Positions 39,483 to 51,314 of a DNA stretch of 64,000 nucleotides are shown here, in pieces (position 1 is the stretch's first letter; each line of letters opens with the position of its first letter). The translations under genes were made by a program, and so were the position numbers. Under the pieces are notes generated by a model that was not told the DNA's origin, made no database searches, and saw only the letters and a program-made list of their open reading frames with translations. This stretch comes from Eledone cirrhosa (taxonomy: Eukaryota). Location of the stretch: assembly GCA_964016885.1 (NCBI GenBank), contig OZ024743.1, forward strand, positions 224,998,001-225,062,000. The letters run 5' to 3'.

Positions 39483-39666
39483 GGTGGTGGATTGGCAGTA
39501 TCGGTAGAGGGTCGGACGCCATGCTTTCCAGCATAGTTATGTCCCTTTATGGTCTGAGTTCAAATCCCGTTGAGGTTAACTTTGCCTTTCATCCTTACGG
39601 GGTCGATAAAATAAAGTACCAGTATTGCACTGGGTAATTGCTGGCCTTGTGCCAAATGTAGAAACA
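39483..39666 (+). mobile_element. SINE family 2, young full-length copy with TSD
   Basis: 16-bp TSD attatttcttagtata at 39467-39482 and 39667-39682; near-identical to 13420-13601. Confidence 0.9.
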
Positions 39667-39764
39667 ATTATTTCTTAGTATATATATTGGTAAAAACCAT
39701 CAACAAAAAATGATGAAATGTATATGAATTGAATAGCAATTCAGTTTGGTAAATTAATAATATC

Positions 39765-40010
39765 CAGCCTTTTCTGTTCTGAAGTGCAGGGATGCTCTCC
39801 AGTGTAGATGGTCTTCAGAAATTTTCTCCCATAAAATACTGTCCAGGTCCATCATTTTCATGTCTCATTTCATGACAAGGAGCCTATTCAAATGCCCAAG
39901 CTTCCTGGTTTTCAAGCAGCCAAAAATTGAGCTGTAGCCAGTTCTTCCTAAAAACATGTTTGATTTGAGACTCTGTCATACCATGACACTCTGATAATAT
40001 TATCTAGGCA
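39765..40010 (-). pseudogene. Very decayed RTE/BovB-like ORF C-terminus
   Basis: Minus-strand 'DMKMMDLDSILWEKISEDHLHWRASLHF' resembles the RTE 'D..WE..A.DR..WR' terminus. Confidence 0.45.
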
Positions 40011-40339
40011 TCATATATGGAGAGTAATGAGTTTCTTTTCTTTATGCATGTAAGTAGACCAGTTTTCGGGAACATAAAGCAATATACTTTTGTTTTGTTT
40101 CATTTTTTTTAAAGAGTGGGACTAATAAATTTCTAAAGTAACTTTCAGTCATTGTTCCTTTTCTATAAATTTTCTTCTCCCACTTTCGTTTTCTATCTCA
40201 ACTCTCTCTTCTGACTTGTTACCTTGATAATCTAACCCTCTTGCATTGTACAGCTTCCTAAACACACATATGTACTTTTCAGTTTCATAATCCAGAATGC
40301 TTTGAGTAAACCATCACACCTTATATATATATATATATA

Positions 40340-41060
40340 TATCAAATGATTCTATGGACATAATTTATAGTATATTGCTCTGATTATTTAATTTATTAAT
40401 TCATCATTGAGCCACATCGTGAATGGTTGCCAAAAACACATATATATCTATGACTTTGTCTAGTTTGTGTATATGTAAATCTTTATATTTGATAATCTCC
40501 CATAAGGTTGAGATGCAATTTAGGCAATATTAGGCTGCACTTTCTAGCAACCAGCCCACTCACTGTAAGGCACCAATCACATTATTTCTGACTTGACCAC
40601 TGCCACATCACAGTTCTTAGCCATTTTGAATTCGTTTCTGGCGGGGATCATTTAAGAAAAATCTTTGTCCAAGTGAGTTTGTTTCCTGATGAGTTCGAAA
40701 CTTGAGAATTTATCCTTGATAGGATATTTCCGAAAGCGAACGAACTCTAAAGGGTAGAAACGTAATCCTGGTATGTGTATATGCATTTTTTCTTCTAACT
40801 TTAATTTTATATCTAATTGTGTATGGTTGACGATATATTTAATCGATTTCCACGTGCTATTGAAATGCTGGGTAAATATTCTATAGCTGTTGATCGCAAA
40901 TAGATGGCTGTCGTTTATTTATCTATTATTTCTTTATAGGTGCCTTTTAATCGTATAGCCTGGTTTAATTGGTTTTTTGTGTGGTTGATTATGCTAATTG
41001 TGAGAGGAAATGGAGTATATATCTTATCAAATGATTCTATGGATATAATTTATAGTATAT
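40340..41060 (+). mobile_element. ~690-bp non-coding element with ~36-bp terminal direct repeats in a (TA)n tract (retrozyme/PLE-like)
   Basis: 'tatcaaatgattctatgga(c/t)ataatttatagtatat' at both ends; central hammerhead fold. Confidence 0.6.
40681..40761 (+). ncRNA. Type I hammerhead ribozyme (one A missing from GAAA)
   Basis: Stem I GTTTC/GAAAC; CTGATGA 40686-92; stem II GTTCG/CGAAC enclosing a TATCCT-tgat-AGGATA hairpin; GA; stem III ACTC-taaa-GGGT; A17. Confidence 0.75.
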
Positions 41061-41557
41061 ATATATATACATATACATAGTCTTTTATTTCTCATTCGAT
41101 TTTCTGATGAAGGACTAGTGTCCAAAATGCAAAGAGTCTTTTCCGACTATATCAAGTGTTAACCTAATATATTTCTTCATTGTACTGTATTTTTGGCTTT
41201 GTTGTTTCTATTTACTTTTTCTATACACACATATATATACATATACATACAAAGAGATAGAGTATGCGGTGCTGAGACCGGGGAGACTACAAATCAGGGG
41301 AGTATTTTATGCATGGGATGAAGCAGAGTGGGTATAGAGGAAGGTAAAAACCTGACTATGATGGATCACAATGACTAACCTGACTATGATGGGTCACAAT
41401 GACTAACCTGATCAAAGAGTGACCAACCTAGCAAGTGACCTTATTCCATAAATACCACATAAACTTGAGAAAAAACTCTTGAAAAGATTTGTTGAATACA
41501 AGCCACTTGGTGTCATGGTTAAGATTTTACCTTCCTTTATATATACATATATTTCTT

Positions 41558-41593
<36 letters not shown>

Positions 41594-41904
41594 CACACAC
41601 ACATACATACATATATATATATATATACAAATATATATATATATATATCACTGTCATCATTTTACACCTGCTTTTCCATGCTTGTATGGGTTGGATGAGT
41701 TGTCTCCAACACAATGACTGTCCTTCATCATCTCAACTGTGAGTCTCAGTAATACTGCTGCTACCTTCCCCAGGGATTTCTTGGCACTTCTTTACCCAAC
41801 AATCATCATCTGATTCCTCTTATCTCTTGATTCATCAATACTTCTTCATTCACACACATAACAATTAACTGTATATGATAGTGCACATACTTAAATATGG
41901 AATG

Positions 41905-43570
41905 TTATGCGATGGGGTCCCCCCACACCTCGGCGGACAGGATGGAGAAGGCGTTCCCCCAGAGGTTGGCAAGGGAGACGCGCTGGAAAAGCCACTCCAA
42001 CTCGCGGGGTTCACACCTGCGGCTGGCCAAATCAGCGCCTATGGTGGTGAGTAGGGAGGTAGCTCTAGGGCCGAGGACACCAGAAGTCTCCACTGCCATG
42101 GGTACAACCACAAACCTGTCGGAGAGCGACCGGTATTTGAGAGAGTTTGGCCTCCTCAGCCCGATGTGCAGCAGAACCTGGGTTAGTCGCAGACTGCACC
42201 AGGTTGCAGCTGCAGAAAGTGTCGGTGCAAGTAGCATCCTAGACGAGGGGTTTGCCACCGCGGAATGGGAAGATGGTCATGCCATCTGGCCTTTTGCCGT
42301 CCCCTCGGTCCAGCCCCACCGGCTCGAGCTGGGAAGGGAAGCCCGCAGCATCCAAGCCATGCTTTATGACCTCGTTGAGGGCAGCCAGCACTGTGGCAAC
42401 AGTAAAGCGGGTGGAGGCCGAGGAGTCCATGGTGGATCCGCAGTGACATTGGTGTGGCTGGCAGATCTGGAGGCCGAGCCTCAAGGAAACGCCGATGCAC
42501 AGGCTATTGTTGTCTAGCTGCGTGCCAGTGTAGAAGGAGGGCAGGGCATGGAGCCAGGCACCACTGTGGTGTTTGGAGGCCACACAAAAGCAGGCAAGGC
42601 GGTGCTGGTCGAGCTGGCGCATGAGCCTGTCTGAGGCCAGGCTGCACTGGATGGCATCCCAAGTGCTTTGTGGGGACTTGACGTCAAAAGGGGGAGAAGG
42701 AGGAGGGACGTTTACTGGGCTAAGTCCCAGCCGGTCCCACATCTCACAAGCAGCCTCACGTTCTCTGAACACACAGGGTTCTATTATGTTTTGAAGAACC
42801 CTGCTAACGAGGATGCGGCATGACGTTACCGATGAAAGATACGCCGGCAAAGCCAGTGAGATCAGGGACTGGAGGCCAAGGCTGCCATACCTGACAGGTA
42901 AAGTGACCTGTTGCCATCCAATGTCGTCAAACTTGACGTTGCATATCTCCTCGGCTGCTGCTCAGATACAGGTATCGAGGTCAGTGAGGAGAGATGTGTG
43001 GGTGTAGCATGGAGCGCTGCGAAGGGTATCGAGGAGCTTTGGCATGGCGAAGCAGTTCCTCAACAGAAAGAGAGCTGGGTGGCTGTCGATCAAGCCCAGT
43101 CAGCTCATGAGAGTCTGGAGTGGTTGAAGCCTTGACCTGATGGTGGAGTGGATGGCCTGCGGGTGGATTGGTGACCCGAGGATGAGGACATCCTCTTTGG
43201 GGGTCACCTGTACCTGGTGGAGAATGGACCGCACGTCCAAGACAGAGGCTGCAAAGTTCTCAGCATCGTGGCTGACATTCACCACCTCCGACTTGGCCGA
43301 GTTGACCTGGAGGCCGATTCCCACCAGGGCAGGAACCACCGATTGTAGGTCATGGCAGACAGTCTGTACGGGCCCGCCCAATGGAGCATCATCCAGATAC
43401 CAAACATTGAGGGGGCTGTGATACTCCGGGCAATGTGGTCTATACCAAGGGCAAACAGGAGGGGTCCCAAAGGGTCATCCTGTTGGACTCCAGTAGCCAA
43501 AGTTATGACCGTATCAGTAGCAAGGAGCATGCTCGGGGCTCCATACGACAGGTAGGCAAGCTCAAGGGTC
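41905..43570 (-). mobile_element. 5'-truncated CRE-like non-LTR retrotransposon (RT + restriction-like endonuclease), disrupted
   Basis: GVQQDDPLGPLLF, WYLDDA (~43382-43402), GLQVNSAKSE, HSGAWLHALP, CHCG, EPVGL..DGKRPDG..GKPLV*DATC, PMAVETSG, LFQRVSLA..GNA; frameshifts and stops. Confidence 0.88.
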
Positions 43571-44510
43571 CCCTTGAGCTTGGGGAAAGGGAAAAAAAAA
43601 TCACACAGAGTCAGGTTGGGTGATTAGGGATGTTGCTCTAGCATGGTGATGTTCTTCTCAGCCAGCAACTGCCAGATGCTCAGGGTGTTGGGAGCTGACA
43701 CATTGTCATGGTGAAGAAACCATGAGTTGTCCTGCCACAACTCTTGTCTCCTCTTGCACACCATAGGATCTCTTTGTAGACATACTGGTTGATCATCTGG
43801 TCCTGTGGCAAGAACTCTATATGAACGCTGCCCCTCACATCAAAGAACGTGATCAAAGACTTTGTATTTTGACTGTCTTGCTTTCTTTAGCCTTGGCGAC
43901 TCAGGACTCATCCACTGAAGATTATGGCACTTGGTCTCCGAAGATCCATGACTTATCATTGAGTACCATCTTCATGCAGACCTTTTGCATGCCCAAATTT
44001 TCAGTGATAATCTTCCAAAAGCTGTCACAGTTCATGCACAGCTCACTTGTGATCAGTCAAACAGTCAGCTGATGATCGCCATGTACCACTTGCCTCATGC
44101 ACTCAACATTGGCCTCAGTCCTGTTCGTTAAAGGCCTTCTGCTCCTGGGGTTGTCTTTCACATCCTAACATCCCTCTTTGAATCTTGTGCCAATCAAAAA
44201 AACCATAAGCACAACATTGTCTCGTCTCCACCTATTTGCTGCAGTATTCCGAGTGCTTCTGATGGAGTTTTCCCTAGCCGGACCAGAAATTTCAGGCTGG
44301 TTTGTTGCTCTGTGCCCATCACTTGAAGGGCTAAAAATTGAGCTGTTAACAAAAGCATGTGAAAAAACACACAATAGCTGCAGAGAGCTGAGATTGCAGT
44401 TATATACTTCACAGATATTACATCATACAGTGACACAACCTGCCAATCCTGACCCCATTCATAGCTCACACAGCACATCAAGTCATGTTACTTTTCTGAC
44501 ACACCTCATA
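43571..44510 (-). mobile_element. Decayed mariner-family DNA transposon (3' end missing)
   Basis: 'EQQTSLKFLVRLGKTPSEALGILQQ', 'RFKEG', 'FFDVRG', 'WFLHHDN', 'SPNLTLCDFF..FPKLKG'; TIR-like end ta-TGAGGTGTGTCAGAAAAGTAACATGACT at 44481-44510. Confidence 0.85.
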
Positions 44511-44589
44511 TATGACTTCTGTATACATACATATCATTCATCTATCAATATATTATCATTTAATGTAATATATATATATAAACTGATGA

Positions 44590-45945
44590 GTGTTTAGGAA
44601 GTCATGGATAGATGAAGAGCTTGTGAGACATGTACACATGTACAGTGGTGCAGGCAGCAAGGTGAGAGTTAATGTGTACAGTGATAAATTTAGCATATGA
44701 GTAAGAGTTCACCAGAGTTCAGTCAGTCTCCTCCTATTTATTATAGTCCTCCAGATCATAACCAAGGAATTCAAGATTGCTTGTCCATGGAAACACCTAT
44801 ATGTTGTTAATCTAACACTCATAGCAGAAACCACGAAAGAATTAAAGAAATTCCAGACATATAAATAAAACCATACACCTAGCAGACAAAAGTTTTAGTC
44901 AACAAGAAAGAGAATAGGACTCAGATACTCTCAGGTAAATGGTTTTGCTCAATATGCCAACAAAATATAGCAAGAAACTCCATACAGTGTACTAAGTGTG
45001 GACAGTGGACATAAGAGATGCAGTGAGATTATAGTTAGGCTGTCAGGCAACATAAACTTCACATGTGACAGCTACATAGGAATAGTTAGCAGTAAGAGTA
45101 CTCATGAAATAAACTCTCACAAACTTTCAGAAGGCTCACTAGACACAGTAGACAGGTTTTGTCATCTAGGTGGCCTTATTTGCAGTGTATGTGGATGCAA
45201 TGAAAGTGTCATAGCCAAAGTGAGAAGAAGGCCAAAGGAATGAAGTATGCATACTTTGCTGGATATGTAATGTTTGTGTATGTGAATGACAGAACACAAA
45301 TGAGCTTAAAGATTTAAAGCTGAGTATAAGAGGAATTGAATGTATCATTCAAGAGAGATTATTATGCTGGTATGGTGATGTGATGCATAAGGAGAGTGTG
45401 AGTTGTATAAAGAAATGCCAAGCACTTGATATGGATGGGACCTGAGGAAGAGAGAGACCCAGGAAAACAGGAGAACATTGTGAAGAATGACCTCAAGATA
45501 TTGAACCTCATGAAGAAAATCATACAGGACTCATATCACTGGTGATATGTCATAATACAAAAGACCCACCTACCAATGCAAGCACTGTAACTCTAAGAGA
45601 AAAAGTGGTGAGAAACTGGAGACTACAGTGTTGGTGATCAAACAGAAACAATATAAGTTTTGAGCGGGGTTTTCTGCTGGATGAACATATGACAACCTCT
45701 CTAGTATTGGTGCCACAATAAAACCCACCCAGTACACTCTGTAAAGTGGTAGGCTAGTGCTACAAAAATGTACTCTGTAAAGGGGTTGTGGTGGTGCCAT
45801 GAAAAAACCCAATTTAGATTTTAAGATTGTTGTCATTAGGAAGGGCACCCAGCGATAGTGACCATGCCAAGATTAGGACACTCCAAGCTATCTGGTCACA
45901 GAATGAGACAATCTTTGCCCACCTGGAAAGTAGATGTAAGATGAT
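44590..45945 (+). pseudogene. Old decayed RTE LINE (RT second half to 3' UTR)
   Basis: 'HKRCS..RLSGNINFTC..SLDTVDRFCHLG..CNESVIAKVR' and an RTE-type 3' UTR. Confidence 0.8.
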
Positions 45946-45954
45946 GTGTCTACA

Positions 45955-45989
<35 letters not shown>

Positions 45990-47309
45990 ATATATATAAC
46001 AAAGGAGTTGTGGTTTATATATATATATATAGAGAGAGGTAGAGTGGGATAGACAGAAGGAAACAGTGTCAGGGTTGGCAGTGGATTCAGTGATGAATTT
46101 GGTATAGAAGTAGTTATTTAAAATGGTTTTCTTCTTAGCACAATCTGATGAAACTTCAGAACTGGCTAATTATGGAATTTATTCATGTAGACAACTTAAT
46201 TATCAGAAGAATATGTTAAAGTGCAGCAGAAAAGTTAGAAGTATAGAAGAAGAGGCTAGCTTGATTTAATGTTAACATGATTATGACTATGATATTAGTA
46301 GAAAAGCTGCCAGAAAATTCCAATAACACCAAGCAAATAGTCTTTCTTGTTTGAAATATTGGAAGAAAGATGGCAAGAATAATGTACTGTGATGGCAGTG
46401 AATGAATGCATAAGATATCTGATAGAATAAAACAACATTTTAAGATTCACTAGCTGCATTGCAGTAGTTAACAACATGAACACCACAGACTTGTCAGATG
46501 TTCTGCTGAAAACAATATATACATTTCGCAACCTATGTGATTTAATTTCATCTGAAGTGGAAACTAGTGAAAGCATTTTGGCTGGGGATCAAAAAGGAAA
46601 CGAAGGAAATTAGAAAACTGCTACCTTTGTTTGCAACAAATATATTCTGTGCCAATTAGGAGGTGAACTATATGATCAGTGTGAGGCAAAAGTATGGCAT
46701 TGAAAATATGAGTGATGAATACAGGGCATCTTCATTGATTTAAAGAAAAGAAGGGATAACAAAGTGTTGTAGTAAGAAAGAAGGGAGTTTAATATAGTCT
46801 GTAAGTGTTAATATACAATGAAGTTTGAGAGTAAATGAGTTGGAAAAGAAATGCCTCAGGAAAACTGACTTTTAGAAATGACTCTATTAGTATGATGAAA
46901 TAAGAAGGAATATACAAACTGAATTTAAAAAAATTTTTTTTTCAGTTAATGACAGAGTTTAGATGGTGTTGAGATAAGCCAAAGAATACAGAGGAAGAAA
47001 GATTTGAGAATCTAGACTTCGTAGATGCAATGACATAGAATTAAGACAGGCTAAGGACTGTCTAGTCCAACCTATGTCAGCATAGAATGATATTTCTTAC
47101 TTTTTAAATATGATTAGCTGCCAAGAAATTGTGGAGAGAAAGGGAGGAAGATGTCCTTAGACTGGAGACCATGCCTGAATGTTTTTAACAAAGGAGACTC
47201 CACTAAAGACACTCAAAGGCCAAGGGGTGGTATTAAATTAGGTGACAGTTAAACTGGATGATCACGCAAAGAAAGATGGTAATGACATCGATTGTGTTGG
47301 GCATATAAG

Positions 47310-47625
47310 TATATGCGACATACTGGTTAGGGTGTTTGACTCATGATTGTAAAGTCATGAGTTTGATTCCTGTTAGTGAATTGTTGCTTTGAGCAAGATA
47401 CTTTATTCCACATTTCACCCATTCACTCAGTTGGAAAAAATGAGATGTACCTGTAATGCAAGGAACCAGCCTTGTCACACATTGTGTTTTGCTGAATCTC
47501 CCTGAGAATTACGTTAAAGATGCAATGTTTGTGGAATGCTCAAACATTTGCATGTTAAATTCATGAGCAAGGTGTTCCATAGTTTGAACAACTGTAACAC
47601 TTGTCATCATAACTAATAGAAGTTC
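47310..47625 (+). mobile_element. tRNA-derived SINE family 1 (tail type a)
   Basis: Matches 32316-32605 throughout. Confidence 0.75.
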
Positions 47626-49174
47626 AATACACAGGCACACACATACACACGTGCACATATACGTGTATATAAGAAAAAATATACTACAAAAGATATGAGA
47701 TGGTATGTTTTGTCTTCATGGTTTCAGTGATCAAAGTATTCAGACAAAACTTCTACCTTAATAGAACTGATGTTTCTTCAACATGTTACACTTGTTATTG
47801 TATATGACTCTAAATGTCTACTCAATTTCATGATTAGCTATATTGTTCTTTTAAATTTCAAAACCTCTTTGATCTTTAATTAGATGAAACATTATAATTT
47901 ACCATTTAATTAAGTATCTAAATATGTTATATCATTAGTATCTGGTTAGTTTTTAGATAATTGCATTGAGATTATGAAATTTCTAGTTAAATCTTCATTT
48001 TAGTTATTATAGAATAATTAATATTGGGGAAGTTAATAGTTTATAAACCAGTATTGAAGCAACTCTTTCCTCAAGAATACTATTTTATTACTGCTTTATT
48101 ATATTTTATTTGAAATTTAATGTAATCTCTTTGCTTTAGATAATTTTATTTTGTTTTATTTTAATTAACTTCTCAAAAGATTTAGTCTTTAGTCTGGGAA
48201 ATTCAATATTAACCAAATATAGAATAAACCTGATGATTCACATATTTAGAAACAGTATTGCATGTGCTCTGAGATAACAAACTTCTCGCTTAATATACTT
48301 GCAGTGATCACAGCATCTTCTAGTGGCACTGAAATGGCTCTGCTTCTACTTTTGAAGCATCCCATCTTTCTCTGTAATGAATTCAAAACAAAACAGAATT
48401 CATTCAAATCAACCACTAGCTTATTACAAAACTTTCATGTAACCCCCTGTGAAAATCCAACCCAGGAAATTTCTTAAATACCCCTCAGAAATATCACAAA
48501 AAATATTTAAATTTAAAAAAAAAATGTTTACCTTGAACATAACATATATATATAATATATAAATACTCAATTAAGGAAACATTGTATTAACACAGCAAGA
48601 CAGTTGAGTATTAATATATAGCGCATGATTTTGATTAGAACAATAAAAAATTAGTTTATATTCATAAAAAAGAATAAATAAAACACACAAATTCCTTTAA
48701 CTTTACCAGTTATTTTAAAATATATTAAAACTATATAACAAACAGAGTATAAAACTTGATTGGTGCACACTGGAAATTAGATTTTTAAAATCTATTATAA
48801 AGAAAAAGACAAAGAAATATTTTAAATAGCAACTTAATAATATGGAATTAACAAACCATCAGATAAGAACATATCTCAGTTATATGATGGCTAAATGAAA
48901 TGCATTCATGAAGGAAAAACAAAAAACAAAAACAAAAAAATAAAAAACAACTAATTTACTGTGTTATCTTTCTGAACAGGTTTTAGACAGTTTTTAATGA
49001 AATGTTACCAACAATAGACATCATATCTAAAATCTTTAATTTTTATGACACACATTGGGCTAGAACTGAAAGTAGCATCATTACCTCGAGCTGTAAGTCA
49101 AAATGATATATAGCAATGTGGTTTACATATTACAAAAATACACTGTAAATTACAACATACAATATTTCAAAACA

Positions 49175-49218
<44 letters not shown>

Positions 49219-50477
49219 ATTTATTAAATTCAATATTGCTTAAAGCTGCCTCTATACCAACCCAAGATTGTTTCAACAATACCTCAGGTATGACAGTTTA
49301 ATACTTTTGATACCAAACTGCTTAAAACTGCCCCTGGTTCTATGATACTAAGTTGTCTATTTTAAAGTTTATTAGTTGTAGCCCAGGGTTTTCCTTAGGA
49401 CATACAGAAAGACATACACACACACTTAATATTTCAGCGTTTACAATCAAAACATTTAGTGTGGTGATAACTCTCTCTACCTATCTATCTATTTATCTTT
49501 CACACACACTCTTTCTCTGTCTCTCACTGTATTTCTCTCTCAATAACAATAACTATTGTTTTTTTCTTGAAACAAATTTTAATTCTATCTTTCACACACA
49601 CACTCTCTCCCCCCTCTCTCTCATTGTATTGCTCTCTCAATAACAACAAGCACCTGTCATTATAGGGAAGTTCTTTTTTTAAAGTGTGTTGTATTGTTCA
49701 TATGGTAAACACATACACAACCAAAAAATAAACTCTGTATTCTTTTTGCTTGTTCCCAAGTTACATTTTAGTTAGAGACAGGGAGAGGTGGAGTGAGTGA
49801 GACATGGAGTAGTATTTCCCTCTATCTATATATAAAGCATGATGGACGGACACAGCTCTTGTTATAGTGTAGATTTGTACTGGCATATCTGATCACCAAT
49901 AGCAAATTTTGGAGTATTAGATAACTTCTCTGACAAACACACAAACATACATGCACTACTTTTTTGTAATGGGTCTTTTTATTTCTCCTTTGTACACCAT
50001 CAAAATATATATTCATCCTAAACTGTTAAATACATAAAAAATCTTTGAATGAAGAGGGAACAGCACCCTCTCAAATAAAATTCTTAATAGAGGAAACAGA
50101 GAATGTGATAAAGAGCATGTGATGGAAAGATTTTAATCTCAGAAAAATTGAATGGATTTACTAACAATGAATTTAGTTCCAAACTTTGCAAATCACCCGT
50201 ACCTCCTCTCCCTTGCCAAAAGAAACTACTGAAAAAATTTGAATGTGATCGTTTCAACATGATAAATAAGATAAAATTCAAATATGCCAACATCTCATTT
50301 CCAGAACATCCTACACATCAACAAGAAACCAATAAGAAATTCAAACAATATTGGAGTATTTGCTGAGGTAAAAAAATAACAAACTGATAATTCTACAGAA
50401 TCAAGACTTTTTGCTAATAAGATTATGAAGACTTACATAAAGAAAAAGCAAAAAGAAAAGAAACAAAAAACTGCTAA

Positions 50478-50780
50478 TGTATATATATGTGTGTGTGTGC
50501 ACATATATATATGTGTATGTATATACATGTATATATATATGCACATATATATGTGTTTGTATATATATGCACATATATATATATATATGTGTATGTATAT
50601 ACATGTATATATATATATGCATGTATATATATATGTATATATATATGCATATATATATATGCACATATATATATGCATGTATATATATGTATATATATAT
50701 GCATGTATATATATACATATATATATATATATATGCATGTATATATGTATATATATATATGCATGTATGTATATATATAT
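50478..50780. repeat. Compound (TA)n/(ATGCAT) microsatellite; similar tracts at 36387-36502, 39161-39268, 51124-51314, 52362-52612, 53247-53580, 57694-58027 and 60723-60782
   Basis: Direct reading; source of all YI/MH-rich ORFs. Confidence 0.95.
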
Positions 50781-51123
50781 GGAGACACATGGCTTAGTGG
50801 TTAGAGCATTGGCCTTGCAATCGAAAGGTTGTGAGTTCAATTCTCAGACCGGGTGATGTGTTGTTTCCTTGAGCAAGACACTTTATTTCACATTGCTCCA
50901 GTTTACTCAGCAGTAGAAATGAGATGATAGGAACTATGGTCCCTATCATTCCACTGCAAAGTGGTCGTGGAGGTCACACGGCAAAAAAGCACCCAGCACT
51001 CACTGTAAATGAGGTTGGTGTTAGGAAGGGCATCCAGCTGTAGAAATCAAGCCAGAATCAGTTCCTGTCTCACCCTTGCAAGCAGGGAAAAGCGGATGTA
51101 AAAGGAAATGATGAAATGATGAT
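50781..51123 (+). mobile_element. tRNA-derived SINE family 1 with RTE-derived 3' tail (type d)
   Basis: tRNA-like head 'tggcttagtggttagagcattgg..gagttcaattc'; tail matches the 3' UTR of the RTE at 30530-30680; ends in (GAT)n. Confidence 0.85.
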
Positions 51124-51314
51124 ATATATGCATTTATATATATATATATACATATATGCATGTGTATATATATATATATATATACATGCATATATGTACA
51201 TATATATATGCATATATATATATACATACATGCATATATATGTATATATATATATGTATATACATGCATATATGTGCATATATATATATATATACATGCA
51301 TATATATATATATA

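Noticed and set aside
40670-40704. Alternative type III hammerhead reading (CAAGT..CTGATGA-gttc-GAAACTTG)
   Set aside because: Stem II would be 1 bp with a 2-nt loop and position 17 would be G; the type I fold at 40681-40761 fits much better.
41897-43623. Plus-strand ORFs such as the 206-aa ORF at 41897
   Set aside because: Antisense shadows of the GC-rich CRE-like ORF on the minus strand.
50781-50855. tRNA gene
   Set aside because: A/B boxes are present but there is no acceptor stem, and the sequence continues into SINE core and tail; the same holds for the other SINE heads.
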